Shown piece by piece: positions 13,801 to 27,486 of a stretch of DNA of 62,790 nt. Position numbers and translations under genes: made by a program. This stretch comes from Rotaria socialis. Taxonomy: Eukaryota. The first letter of the stretch is position 1; every line of letters begins with the position of its first letter. The stretch is taken from NCBI GenBank assembly GCA_905331295.1, contig CAJNYD010000038.1, positions 45,854-108,643 on the forward strand, read 5' to 3'. The notes under the pieces are model-generated. The model saw nothing but the letters and a program-made list of their open reading frames with translations. It searched no databases and was not told where the DNA came from.

Positions 13801-16480
13801 GTAACAAATCATCGTGTTCTACTTTTCTGTCAAATGACATCATTAATGACAATTATGGAAGATTATTTCGCTTATAAAAGTAAATATTTCAATTATCAAA
13901 TTGTCTTAAGAAACCGTTTCTTTTTTAATTTGTATAGATTTCACTTATTTGCGTCTTGATGGTCAAACAAAATCTGAAGAACGTGGTGATTTATTAGCTA
14001 AATTTAGTGAAGCCAAAGCTGATTATTTCATTTTCTTGTTATCAACACGTGCTGGTGGTCTCGGTTTAAATTTACAAACAGCTGATACAGTTATTATATT
14101 CGATTCCGATTGGAATCCACATCAAGTAAACTTTTAAAGGCAAAACAAAAACTAGTATAATTAATCTTTCTTTTCTAAAGGATTTACAAGCACAAGATCG
14201 TGCACATCGTATAGGTCAAGTGAATGAAGTTCGTGTTCTACGTTTAATGACAGTTAATAGCGTTGAAGAAAAGATCTTAGCAGCTGCTCGTTATAAATTA
14301 AATGTCGATGAAAAAGTTATTCAAGCTGGAATGTTTAATAATAAATCAACAGGAAATGAACGAAAACAATTTTTACAACAAATTCTTCTACAAGAAACTG
14401 AAGAAGGAGACGAAGAAGAAGATGAAGTTCCCGACGATGAAATTATCAATCAAATGATTGCACGAAGTGAAGATGAATACAATTTATTTAATGTTAGCTT
14501 TCAATTGATCTAAGAAGTAGAATGAAGAGTTTTTGTTTGCTTGTAGAGAATGGATCGCGAACGAAGACATGCTGAAGCTAGAATGCCAAATCGTAAGCCG
14601 CGACTTCTTGAAATGTCAGAATTACCGGCATGGCTAACAAAAGATCCTAAAGAATTAGAAAAAACTATACTCGACCAAGAAACATTAGATTTATTTGGAC
14701 GTGGAACTAGACAAAGAAAAGAAGTTGATTATTCAGATTCATTAACAGATAAAGAATGGCTGAGGGTAAATACTTTTTTTTTCGTTATCGAAACATAAGT
14801 CTTATACGGATACGTAAAGTCTTCTTGCTTCTAAAATTCATCCATGTAACGTATCATTTTTCTCAGACTCATAGATTCTACGCTCCGCCAGTGTTAATCT
14901 ATTCACCTGGCTTTATGTTAATCTATTATCAAATGATAGCATACTTTGAATTTGCTTTTCCTTTTTGTCTCCATACAATTGTCACAAAATGATCTTGATA
15001 CCATTAACGATGCAACAACCCTGGACAAAGCACGAGTGTTTGTTTATTTCGTATTTATCTTTCGATAGTATGCATACTACGGACTCGTGTAGTAAGTTAG
15101 TGCGAATGGATAGCGTAAGAATTCCATATCAGGTCGGTTTACTATCCAGACTTATTGTTCTTCCTGTTTATGTAAACATTTGTGACTGCACAGGAAGTTC
15201 GCTCTATCTAGCGAAAGTCACATTAGTTAATCAATAAGCTTTCCAGATATACTAGTTAGTATTGAAGGCTTTTCTAATTATAAATCTGACTGTTTAGGCT
15301 ATTGAAGATGGAACGTTAGGTACACCTGATCAAGACAAAAAACGTCGACGAAAACGACGTACTGCTACTAATATTGATTTTGATGATGACGATGATGAAC
15401 AACAAGATGAGAGCAATAGTAAACAAGATGATGATGATATGGATGCAGTTCCTACTAAAGTTGGTCGACGAGCTGGAAAAAGAAAACTAAAAGAAACGAA
15501 TAAAAAATATTCCGACGATCCGATACCAGCGAAATTATTAAAACAAATGACAACATTGTTAGACTTTGTTATTAAATATCGAGACAAGTATGCATGACAT
15601 TTTTATTTTTCTTATTGATCGAATACTTTCTTTAGTGATGACAACCGAGTGTTGAGTAAACCATTTATGCGATTGCCAACACAAAAAGAACTGCCAGAAT
15701 ATTATGAAACCATTAGAAATCCAGTTGATTTTAATAAAATTAAGGTATGAGATGCAAACAAACGATTTTTCTCATGATTGATTTGAATTTCTTTAGAAAA
15801 AACTTGGAGAAAATCGTTATCGAAGTTTAAATGAAATTGAAGCTGATGTTATGCTTCTCTGTAAAAATGCACAAGAATTTAATATGGAAAATTCAACTGT
15901 AAGAATTTTGTTTTTCTATCTTGCTAGTGTTAATATAAGATACGATTGATTGTTTAGATCTATGAGGATTCAATTATTCTTCAATCTGTATTTACGAATG
16001 CTCGCGAACGTATGGAGAAAGGAGAAATTCCTGTTAGTTCAAATTCGGAAGGAGAATCTGATGACGATGGTAAAAAGCCTAGTTTTCGTATGATTTTAAT
16101 TAAAATAATACTTTTTTAAATTTCAGAACCACTGAAGAAACGTGTCAAAAAAGAGACTAATGTAAAAAAGGTAAGACAAATTTTTCCTAGGAATAGAGAT
16201 TATCAATTCCTATTTGTTTTTTCACTTTAAGAAAGCTCAATCGCGTCCATCTGGCAATGGAAGTAGTACGACAAGTAGTCGTCGAAAAACTCGTGTCATG
16301 AGCGATGACGAAGATATGATGATGGACGAGACAAATCAAGTATGTATTTCTTATTGGAGATTAATTTTATTATTTTTATCTATCTAGTCATCATATGGTG
16401 GTGTCGATGATGATGATGACGACGACGACGACGAAGAAGAAGAAGAAGAAACTCGTGGTTCTAATTCGCGCCAAAAATAA
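10848..16480 (+). CDS. SMARCA2/4: SWI/SNF ATPase Brahma/BRG1 (SMARCA2/4 orthologue), multi-exon
   Basis: QLQ, HSA ([31 protein letters not shown]), BRK-like, SNF2 motifs ([24 protein letters not shown]), HELICc ([23 protein letters not shown]), SnAC and bromodomain exons. Exon 1 (10848-10893) splices in frame to 10947; stop at 16478-16480. Confidence 0.96.
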
Positions 16481-16918
16481 TTCTGTTCAATCTTTTCTTT
16501 TTGTCACTGTATGTGTGTTTTAGCTTTGCTGTACAGTTGATGTGCGTGCGTGTGTTTGTTATGTACAAAAAATAGAAAAAGAGAACAAAAAGAAAAGAGA
16601 CGTTGTCGTGCACACCACTCCGAGAACGAACAGTTTTGTGTGCAATATTTGCATGAATCTAAAACTCTCTCTCTTTCTTTGTTTTTCTCTTTCTCAATCT
16701 TTACTCTCTTTCTCGTACTCATTATTCAGTTTATTTTTCGGTTGTATATTCTTCTCTTGTCTTTGCATTAGCGATGCGCTTACTATTATCATTATTTCAC
16801 TTTTTCTTTTCGAAAGGAGAAATAACAAAAAATAATTCATGTGAAGGAGTAATAGTCGGATTTATTTATTATTAGTTGATATTCGTAGGCTGCATTAAAA
16901 ACATTAGTAATCTACGTG

Positions 16919-17695
16919 TCAGTGTTTACGATGAAGAATAGGTTCATAGGTAATAGCATCTTGATATGAACATATTGTAATAGAATCAAGTTCAATATCA
17001 AATGGTATTCCTTCCCAATCTCTTAAAAGTCTGCTGAATTCTTTAAGAACTGTTACATTTGGTAGATTTTTATATTGATATCCAATTGTGATATAGAATG
17101 GTGTATAGAGATTGGATATTATTTCAGGAAATTTTTTACTCCATCGTCGATGATACCGTTTGATTCTAGCAACATAAGCATTGTCGAGCTCAATTGTCAT
17201 ACGGATCTCACTTGTATGAATAATAAATATATCTTTACCATCACAGTTTACAGTTGTATTATATTTATCCATTCGTTTTTGTTCCTCTTGTAATTCGTTA
17301 ATAGATTCTTTTGTGAGATTTGTATTATTTCTAAAATCAGCCAATGTAATATGATAAGAAGTTCGTGGAACTAAGGTAAAATATTGTTTTAATTCATCTT
17401 GATATTGTAGAAAATCATGAAATTCAGTAAATTTGTCTGATAAACGATGTTTAACCATTTGAAGAATTTTATAGCCTGGATTTTGAAGAAAAATACCGTT
17501 TGCTTGAATAACTGTGTTGTATGCTGGATAAATTTGAAATGGAAAATAAACATTTGGAGAAGGTTGAAATATATAACGATTGAATAGAATTAAACCATAA
17601 GCTATGACTAAAATTGCACATATATAATAAATAACAAGACAAATTCGAGGTCGTTTGAAGCATTTATTTCGTCGTATGCTGATCGTTCTAGTCAT
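16919..17695 (-). CDS. Type II membrane 2H-phosphoesterase-fold protein, DUF1868-like
   Basis: Intronless ORF from ATG 17695: basic N-tail, TM helix (ICLVIYYICAILVIAYGLILF), YNTVI, TSYHITL (HxT motif 1) and FYITIGY (degenerate motif 2). Confidence 0.6.
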   Translation of the reverse strand: MTRTISIRRNKCFKRPRICLVIYYICAILVIAYGLILFNRYIFQPSPNVYFPFQIYPAYNTVIQANGIFLQNPGYKILQMVKHRLSDKFTEFHDFLQYQDELKQYFTLVPRTSYHITLADFRNNTNLTKESINELQEEQKRMDKYNTTVNCDGKDIFIIHTSEIRMTIELDNAYVARIKRYHRRWSKKFPEIISNLYTPFYITIGYQYKNLPNVTVLKEFSRLLRDWEGIPFDIELDSITICSYQDAITYEPILHRKH

Positions 17696-18370
17696 ATTCC
17701 TAAGTGATAACACTTGAGTGTACAAAGTGAAGCGTCACGCACTATTGAATTTCTTTTTTCTTCTTCGAATTCATTGAACCGTGATGGCCATTGAGAATAA
17801 GCTACCATATAGGTAACACTATTCATCTGTTTGTATATAAGCTGTAGCATCAATTATAATAATAATAAATTTTAAAAATAAAATACTATTATTCTAATAA
17901 ATTGTAATGCATAAAACATCGAAATTACAACCAGTCGTTTTGATTTGTTTATGTAAGTAAAAACGAAGTTAATATGGACTAGAAAGGTGTCTATTAGAAT
18001 ATTTGACAACTTACGGGAATAAATGTCATATAATTCGGTCGTTGTTATTGTTATGAAGTCGTGCAAATCCATATAGACATAAGATGCCGACCTAACAAGT
18101 TTGATAACTGTTAATCGCGTCATGTGTTGTTCGAAGCTTATCCACATGAATCAATCCGCAACAATAACGTCTCGTTCTAATCTTTCACCTATGTGAACGG
18201 CGACTGTTAATTGAATGAAACGTGCCTAAACGTGTCTTCTGATGTGTCGATTGCGAGCAATAAATTGACAAGTTTGACAAGAGAACCATTGCATTCAACT
18301 GATTCGCACATTCCAAGTGAACATCACCGTTGACTGAATAGAATTCAAGCTGAACAAGAGCATACGAACA

Positions 18371-20691
18371 ATGGTTACCAGATATTCAATTCTATTCCGT
18401 AAGTCTTTCTTTGTATCATAGCTGTCTATATTACAATTGTTCAATGATTTAGTAACTATTATTTTATGTACACTCGGTGTGAGTTTAGCAACTAGTACAG
18501 TTAAAAAAGATAAAATATCATTATCGTCAAAGCGCAATGAAACATCACAAACGAAAAAACTCGCTAGATGTAAGTTAATAAGTGTAATCGATTTACTTAG
18601 TTTAATTTTTCTATTTTGAAAATAGTTACCAAGGAAGAAAAATCACCTGCTATAGCCTATATGTCAGAAGTTGGTTCACGTTGTTCTGGTAGAAAAACGA
18701 ATTCACATAAAAATAAAAATTCATGTTTTTCTTCTGAAAAATCTAGACGATGGGTTTTATGCTGATCGTGATGATTGCCGTAAATTTCATGTTTGTTATG
18801 GTGGTACACAATCAGTACGTTGGTGTAAAGATGGCATGCTTTGGGATGAAATCAAAATTGGCTGTAGTGCACAAAGTATTACATCATGTATCGGTGGTAG
18901 AAGAAAATGGGGCTACGAAGAAGGTATACTATTGCACTTAATGATATTTTTCGAATCAAATTATTTTCGAATTTAGCTACAACAACAATGCAACCCACGA
19001 CAACAACAGGTACTCTAACTGCTAAAGGTAATTATACGTGTCGTCTTGGTGCAACTGGGTTTTTTGCTGATCCAAGCTCGTGTTCGATATATCATTGGTG
19101 TGTTTTGGGTGTATTACAATCGACACATCGTTGTAATTCTGGATTACATTTCTCAGCTAGTGCTAACGGATGTTTATGGCCAAAAGATGCTGAATGTGAG
19201 AAAACATTTGTGTACTGATTGTTTTTTAATTTGTTCTACTCAGGTGAAGGACAAATTGCACCACCCTATTCACCTATTGAATGTGCAGTGGGCACTTCCG
19301 GATACTTTCCAGATCCTTATGATTGTTCGGTATTTCATTATTGTGATGGTAATGATAAAACAAAAAGGTTTCTCCATTTCATACGAAATGTTTATTATAG
19401 GTGTAAGAGGTCAAAGTGATTCATTACTTTGTTCATCGGGTCTTGTTTGGAGTTCACGTAAGAATTTTCTTTTTTCGATTAAAAAATTTCTTTCTATCTA
19501 TAAAATATGTAATTTAAAGGTTTAGAAAGTTGTGCTTGGCCTCATGAAGTTACTGAATGTAAGTATCGATATGTTTACTATCAAATATGTTCACAGTTGT
19601 GTGTCTATAAGGTCAAAATACTTGTCCACCTAATTATTCCAGTCAAATGCGTTTTGCTGATCCAGTTACTTGTCCACAATATGTTCAATGTGTTGATGGT
19701 CATTTAGAGCAACGCACATGTCCAAATAAATTTTTATTTGATCGTATTACAAAAACATGTAAACCATACGAACAAGCTGAATGTCATGGAGGTAAACCTG
19801 ATACTTCTATCGGAACACCAACAACTACTGCACCGCCAAGTAAGTTATGCTCTGCAGTAGTATAAATACCTTGTATTATAATATAATCAACTTATTTAGC
19901 TACAACACCGGATATCCTAACAAGTAATTCAGGCTCATTGGATATAATTAAACGCCAACGTTCAATTCGATTCAGTTGTGTTTGTATGTAAAAAGAAAAA
20001 AAGAAATCCTAGTCTGTTTATATTTATGCTAATTGACTTTTCTTATTCTAGCTGATGGTTACTTTGGAGATTCTACAGATTGTCGTATCTATCATGTATG
20101 TGTGGATGGACGCGATTATCGATCAATGTGCGCAGCAGGTCTTGCTTGGGAACCTTTGTTACGTCTTTGTTTGTCGGCTAGTCTTGTTGGTTGTCAAAAC
20201 TCAAAGTCGTTTGAACCACCATCAGGTATTTTAATCTCTTGTTAGAAAGAATTTTCTTTTTAAGCTAAGCTTATTTACATGAAAGCCTCGTCACATAAAA
20301 AGTGGCTTCATTCATTTACTCGTGCTGTTGTTAAATCAACGACAACAACAACAATAACAACAACAGCCACCACCAGCACCACACCCAGCACCACCATCAG
20401 TACCACTACACCAGCCACATCATTCGGATTACCTTCAATTTTCTCATGTGCTGGTCGCCTAAATGGTTACTATGCTGATCCTGTACATTGCAATAAGTTT
20501 CATTATTGTGCCACAGGTATAAATAAATGATATTTTATGACTTTGTTTTTCTGAAAAGAATTTTCTATTCAGGTTGGCATAGCGTGATGGAATGCGATAG
20601 TGATCTGGCATACTCGGCTCGCGATAATGATTGTGTACCTGTTGACTTTGCCGACTGTGGAAAGAATAGGTTAATGAGAAAAAAAGATTAG
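18371..20691 (+). CDS. Secreted peritrophin-like protein with six chitin-binding type-2 (CBM14) domains and Thr-rich linkers
   Basis: Spliced signal peptide MVTRYSILFLTIILCTLGVSLA, then six C..G(Y/F)(F/Y)xD..C..(F/Y)..C..C..(W/F)..C..C modules across short-intron exons. Confidence 0.9.
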
Positions 20692-21631
20692 CAAATCAAG
20701 AAAACATAGACTATGACATATACATACTATCTTCTCATATAAACAAAATACTCGTTTTTTCTTTAAATATAACTTTGCATGTTCTATTCGTTTGTTTGTC
20801 TGGAAATTAACCATTTTAGTCAATAAAAAAAAAATAATAAAAAAAAATCTGCCTATTCAACTTCAATATTGATCGATGTTTTTCTTTTGTGAGAAAATAT
20901 CAGTAATTTCCCTTGAAATTATTATCTTGTGAGAAAGCCACATATTCAAAAATAAAAAGAAATGCGCGTCTAAGATGTTAGGCGCTTATCGATTGTTTGT
21001 GTTCTATAAGATATATTTTTTTGTTTCTTTCTAGATAGGCTCTAACATTATATACTTCCATCATTTTTCTCTGATGACGTCGTCAGCGATAGAAAACAAG
21101 AGGAAAAAAAAGAAGAAATCGTCGAGGGGAATAATAGTAAAGAAGGGCAAAGGAAAAAAAGAAAATTATGCTTCTCTATGCTTTCTATAGCATATAAAAT
21201 ACTTGCTTTGTATAAAAACGAGAGCAACGATAGGCAACTCCCATCTAACATACACACGCTCGAACATATTTATTCAACAACACACAACTGCACATATTAA
21301 CCGTGCGACAATAAGAGAACAAAAAAATAAACAAAAATATAATTTGGTTGGATTAAAATAATTTTTTCTCTTCTCTTATTCTTTGCTATTCTTCGTACAC
21401 GAAACGAAACGAAAATTTATACTTTATTTACTTGCATCGGTTGGTAGCACGTTTTTATTTTATGATTTGAATTTATAATTGTCGTTATAAATTTTATTTT
21501 CTAATCTCGAAACGAATCGTAGAACTAAGACTCTTATTACGTATTTTCACGAGTATCTGGTGTGCATCATATACTAAAATTACTGGTAATGCTTTAAAAT
21601 TTTTATCAATTATATCAAATTAATTTAAATC

Positions 21632-24600
21632 ATGTCTTCATTGGCGACAATAATTAAAGATGACGCATTGGCATCTACTCTACGTATTGGATTTTATAGC
21701 TTAACTGCTTGCTCAGTCGTTGGCATTGCAGCTTACATAGGATACAAAGCAGCTAGCCCTAATCAAACTTATGCCCTTAAAAGTCGTCATCCAGAGTCCA
21801 ATGATCAAGTAAGAATAAAATCAATTTCTTTATGATTGATAATAACTAAATATTACGTTTCATTCGAAATAGTATAGTTGCTATAACGTATTTTTTGTGT
21901 GAAATAAGCAAGAGAAAAAACACTGCATGATGCAATACAACGTCAGTTTCCAGAGAAAGAAAAAAGCAATAAACAACTGCAGAAAAAAGCATTTATCCAA
22001 CGCAATATGTTGCGTATGACACACCCCCGTTCAGAACGACAAAATCGGGCGCTGAAACTATGCTATATATATATATATATATGAAAAACCTGATGAGAGG
22101 AAAAAACGCGGAGAACAGGAAATAATCGAGACGGACTATGTAGTCTTGGCAAAAAAATCGCTAGTTTGTAGAATATATATTTATTTACTTGTTTCCTCGT
22201 TTTTCTAACAAGAAAATAACGTACAAAAAGAAAACAAGAACAGACTGTCTTTTCTTCTATCATGAAACAAAAAGCAAAAGATTCCAATGAATATTGATTA
22301 CTACTAGTAATGAATGAGATCAAGTTTCTATGTGAGAAAAATAAGAAGAAACAAAAACATAACGATGTAATCGTAGAAATTGTTTTTTAACACTAACTAT
22401 TTAAAACAGTTGAAAAAATTGAAAGCTTGAATTTAATTTGTATTTGTCTTATTCAATGATTTCATGAGTCAATACGTAAGAATGCAAGATCGCCAAATCT
22501 ATGCCATTGAAAAAAATTCAGTTTAAAATTATTATCTGTTATCAAAACATGCAAACAACACAGAGTAAAATACGGTTCACAACCGACAAAAAAGAGTATA
22601 ATCATATACGGCAAATATTCAATAATAATTATAAGTCTCCTGTTTCTTTTTTATTATAAGATTACTGCTTGATGGTAGACGTGACTGGTTCTCTCTAACC
22701 TTATTCCCAACGGTTAGAATCTTTAACTCTTTTTCTATAGAGGTCATTACGTTCAATATTCATCGATATTATTGTGCATTTTTTTCTGCTAGATTGAAAA
22801 AGTCCTCGAATCTTTACGTCTTGATGATGAAAAACTGCGTCAAATCATGCAATTACTTGAGCAAGAAATGGAGGCTGGTCTCTCTCCAGCCACACATAAA
22901 AATGCGGATATTAAAATGTTTCCTACCTATGTTAGAAATATCGCCGATGGCTCAGAAGTCGGTCAGGTTCTTGCATTAGATTTAGGTGGAACGAATTTTC
23001 GTGTTCTACTCGTTACTTTGTTACCACAACCAAAAATTGATTTAAAATCAAAGATATTCGTCATACCACAATCAATTATGCTTGGCCCAGGTGTCAATGT
23101 AAGTACTCTGTAGAATGAAAAGTAAGAAATCTGACTCATACGTGTATTTTATTGATTTAGCTCTTTCGTCATCTTGCTGACTGTCTTTTGGATTTTATGA
23201 AAAAAGAAAACCTTGATAAACCCGATGTTCATTATCCATTAGGTAAAATTTGCGAGTCAAATAATATGCGTCATCCATCAAATCATTTTTCTTTAGGATT
23301 TACATTCTCATTTCCGTGTAAACAAGAAGGTCTTGCATCCGCCCGATTAACATCTTGGACTAAAGGTTTTACATGTTCCGATGTTGTCAACAGTGATGTT
23401 GTTAAAATGCTACAAGATGCCATTGATGAAAAAGTAATTATTCAAAAACACTAAAAGTACAAAAGTAGCATTCTTTCACATTCTTTTGTCTTGCCACTAC
23501 TTTTAGCATATCAATGTAAAATGTGTTGCCCTTGTTAATGACACTGTTGGGACATTGATGGCGTGCGCATACAAAGACCAAAATACAGCCATCGGTCTTA
23601 TATTAGGAACGGGTACAAATGCATGTTACATGGAAAAACTAGACCGTGTCGGTACTTGGGATGGAGATTACAATGAACCAAAACAAGTCATTATAAATAT
23701 GGAATGGGGAGCGTTCGGTAATAATAATCGTTTAAATCATATTCGAACAAAGTACGACGAAGAAGTTGATTTATCATCTGTCAACCCTGGCAAGCAAATG
23801 TAAGCGAAAGCAAAAGCAATTATGACTAGAACGCTATTATTCATCTATCGTTTTGCTTTTAGTTTTGAGAAAATGATTAGTGGAATGTACATGGGTGAAA
23901 TTGTTCGTTTAATTATACTTGATTTAATGCAGCAAGATCTAATATTTATTGGTCAACGTGATGGTTATGGCGATTATCGTACGCCTCTGTTTACACGTGG
24001 TGGTTTCTATACTAAATTTGTTAGTACTGTCGAAACAGACGAAGGCATTGCATTTGCCAATACAAGACGTGTTCTTGAAGATATGGGTATTAGGAATCCA
24101 ACATTCGATGATTGTGCAATTATACAACATATTTGCAAAAATGTATCTAAACGAGCTGCAAAATTAGCTGGCGCATGTAAATATTTGTTTTTAGAAAGCT
24201 ACCAGGTTGTTGTCAGTGTTTTACGCCTCGAACGAAGACGACAGTGCTTTTCCAAAGATTGGATTGACCCTTTCCGAAGCAGAAATCTGGATAGGAAGCT
24301 TAAATGTGTATATTGCATTTGATCCAGCACCAGTCAAATAAAGTTTGAAGACAAAATTTTACGATAATTAAATTTTCTTAATATATATCATAGCTGTAAA
24401 TATGTATATAATCAACATAAAAAAACGCTTGTATTAATATTTTGAGTCTATATTTTTTCATAAAAATGTTAATTTAAAATATATGCTATATGAGATGGCT
24501 GAAGGAGATTCGCTTGAATCATTCCGACGTATAATTCGAGAGATTTCGATCAGAAAATTACAAATAAAAAAAAATTGGTAGGAATTATTCGACTTGCATT

Positions 24601-25526
24601 CTCAGATTGACTATTGAATCTGAAAATTTTCGATCAGAAATTCAAGAATGAAACATCATTTCCTTTTCGGGCAACGATAAGCAGCTCTGATATATTTCAC
24701 ACTTGAATTCGCAAAAATTTCTACGCCTACTTTTCTAAGAGTTCATCTTAGCAATCATGCAATTGTATTTAACTTATATTTCGTATAGGTCTCACTGTCA
24801 TAATTAATCGAATCAATAAACCGAACGTGACAGTTGGTGTTGACGGTTCTCTGTATCGATATCATCCCAGATTTAAACGAAACATGGAAAAATGTATGAA
24901 AAATCTCGTCAATAAAAACATCAAAGTATGTGGACTCTTTTTTTTTCATTGAATAATAAAACCATTGCTCTCTAAATGAATTTATGTACTGAAATCGTTA
25001 TTCATCTATTGAAAATTCTAAACAAAAGAAAAAATATCTGAATCTCAGTTTCTACTAGAAGTACCAGATGATGGTTCAGGTATCGGTGCAGCATTAGCAG
25101 TAGCGGCACAGAGAAAAAAGTAATTTGAAAGAACATGAACATTACTACACGATAATTATTGACCAGGAAACATAAACTCACACAGCTGCTTTTTTCGGGG
25201 ACAAGAATCTACGCTCACATAACTTAAACTTCTCTTTTTACTCATGATCATTTTAAGATTGATGTCTATTTGTTTTTATTAATCAAAATGTATATTTTTA
25301 GTTCAAATTAACATTGTCCGATGATGGCAGTGGCAAAGGAGCAGCTCTCATCGCTATTGTCGCTGATCGTTTTCAAAAGAACCAAATGAAAACTTTAGTA
25401 AGCTTCGACGAAAATGACGAAGAAGAAGAAGAAGCTCGTAGTCATCCTCAATCACGCCCATCCAAACCTATAACATTCAATACTCAATCTGTCCCTAGTA
25501 CATTCAACAGAGCGACGGTATCTTAA
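21632..25526 (+). CDS. HK: Hexokinase (single ~50-kDa unit) with N-terminal hydrophobic anchor, multi-exon
   Basis: KMFPTYV, LALDLGGTNFRV, LGFTFSFPC, VNDTVGT, ILGTGTNACY, NMEWGAFG, FEKMISGMYMGE, VGVDGSLY, DDGSGKGAAL. Confidence 0.96.
25049..25123 (+). CDS. HK: Alternative terminal exon of hexokinase (FLLEVPDDGSGIGAALAVAAQRKK*)
   Basis: CAG acceptor at 25046-25048, phase 0 matching the donor after 24925; encodes a second copy of the DGSGxGAA motif followed by TAA. Confidence 0.8.
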   Translation, partial: FLLEVPDDGSGIGAALAVAAQRKK

Positions 25527-27486
25527 TTCAAGTTATTTTTTTACGCGCCAATTCATCCAATATTTACCTCTTTCGTTGTCTATTTAACAAATGTAGAACG
25601 TGATGCGATCATAGCCGCAGTATATATTTTTCTTTTCTCTCGTGATGGTATTATGTTGTATTATGATTATCTTAATTTCTTTTTTTTCATTGTTCATGTT
25701 TTTGTCAGTGGTTTAAAAAAATGCACGAGTTTCCTCCTCTTATCACTAGCGCTCTTGCCAATCTCAATGTAGTTGTTCATATCGATCTGCTTTGTTTATT
25801 TAAAATAATGATCCTAACTTTTTTCAACTGGAACTTATCGATCTGTTTTGGTTGCATTTTCAGTTTGCGTGTGTATGTGTAGTCAACAAAAACTTAGCTC
25901 AATTTCCATCATATCGTACATCGAACTTTTTGCCCTGTGTTGTAAATGAAGTTTAAAGGTATGAATATATACTTAGTTATCAATGAAATGTAATTTGAAT
26001 AAAAAGTACATAGGCTTAAATATATTATATATTAATAAAATGCAAGGATATAAACTTGACGATGTTACTACCAATCGGAAAAGAAAGTTTCTTGAGTTCC
26101 GCTTTTGGATACAAGAAAAGCAAAAATTAAGATCGCAGTTGTATTTACATAAACGCTAATTGATTTTATTAATCTAAAATCAACACGTCCTTGATTCCTA
26201 ATGAATATAACAGTATCGTTGAATCAGATAAAAAGTTAATGTCTTAGCTAATAACTGATTAACATACTCGAGTCAATAACGATGGGATATATCGTACTGT
26301 ATAGTTTGTATTGGTGAGGTTATCAAACTTGGATTTTTACAATTATTTAATCCTTCTCTAAATTCTAAGTTTCATGAGAGGCAAAAACAAAGAAATCTTC
26401 GACGTTATTATGACTTTGTCAAGGATAAGTTGTCGCCGGAAAATATCTATACATCATATTATTTACACAGTTCGATATCTTTCTAACAGTTACATTTTTC
26501 ATAATTCTTCTGACAGAATAGGCAAAACAAAAAGAAAACTATTGGATAAGTATTCAATAAAGAAGCCATAATGTGTACAACTCGACAGCAATAGACAAAT
26601 TTGTCATACTCTAGAGTTTTCTCAGTTTCAATCATCATGGCAAACAAGAATCTACGTAGATGGTTTTTTCAAATAATTTTGCTTCTCATATTCTTTCGTC
26701 GTTGTTTTTCACCATTCTGTAAAAATGACAATCATCTTAGCTTATTTTTTTCTCCTTCTTTTGTCGCTATTTGTGTGATGCGAGGCATTTAGCTAGATTT
26801 CTTTTTTTTTCTTCTTTTTTTGCTTGCCTTTCTCTATTCTGACAAAGCTACAGCCTACGCCCTACATAACTATAAAGGGACACTTTTTTTTTGGGAGAAG
26901 TAAGCGTAGTTAAACAGAAAGGAGAAAAGAAAATGACGACTATTCTCTCGTTTTCTCTCGTTTTTGCAAGCCATGTCAAGTCGAGGCAAATAACAAATTG
27001 TGTTGGATGTCGTCAACATATGCACCGTGAAAGAAAGGAAAAAAGAGAACAGACACCCACATACATACACGTACACAATCTTACTAAGAGAATAAAAATC
27101 GAGAGAGAAAGATAGAAACTTTTACGAGTAGACGCATGCATGTTCACTGCTGATCGTCGCAATGTACAGAAAAAAGAAAAAGATGAAAGAGAAAGCTAAC
27201 ACAGCAAAAAAAAGTGAGTGAACGAAGCTGATGTGTCTTACGTCAATGAGATTTATCTATTTACTATCACTTTTAATGATGTTTTATTCTATTAACGACT
27301 GTAGTAGTTTCGTCCAGTTTTTTTTTCTTCTTCATCTTCTTCTTTCTGTATATAATTTATCATAATGTAGAATAACGAAGCTGCATTTCGCGACAATATT
27401 CTTTTTTGCGTTGTTAGAATTTCATTTTTTTTCTTACGAAATGGCAAGAAAAAACGACAGCGTCATATCGTTGATTCTACTTTTAG

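Noticed and set aside
16504..16835. Overlapping short ORFs after Brahma
   Set aside because: Low-complexity 3' UTR sequence between convergent genes
21071..22110. CTGATGA hammerhead-core candidates at ~21071 and ~22090
   Set aside because: No stem II-GAAA-stem III arrangement found
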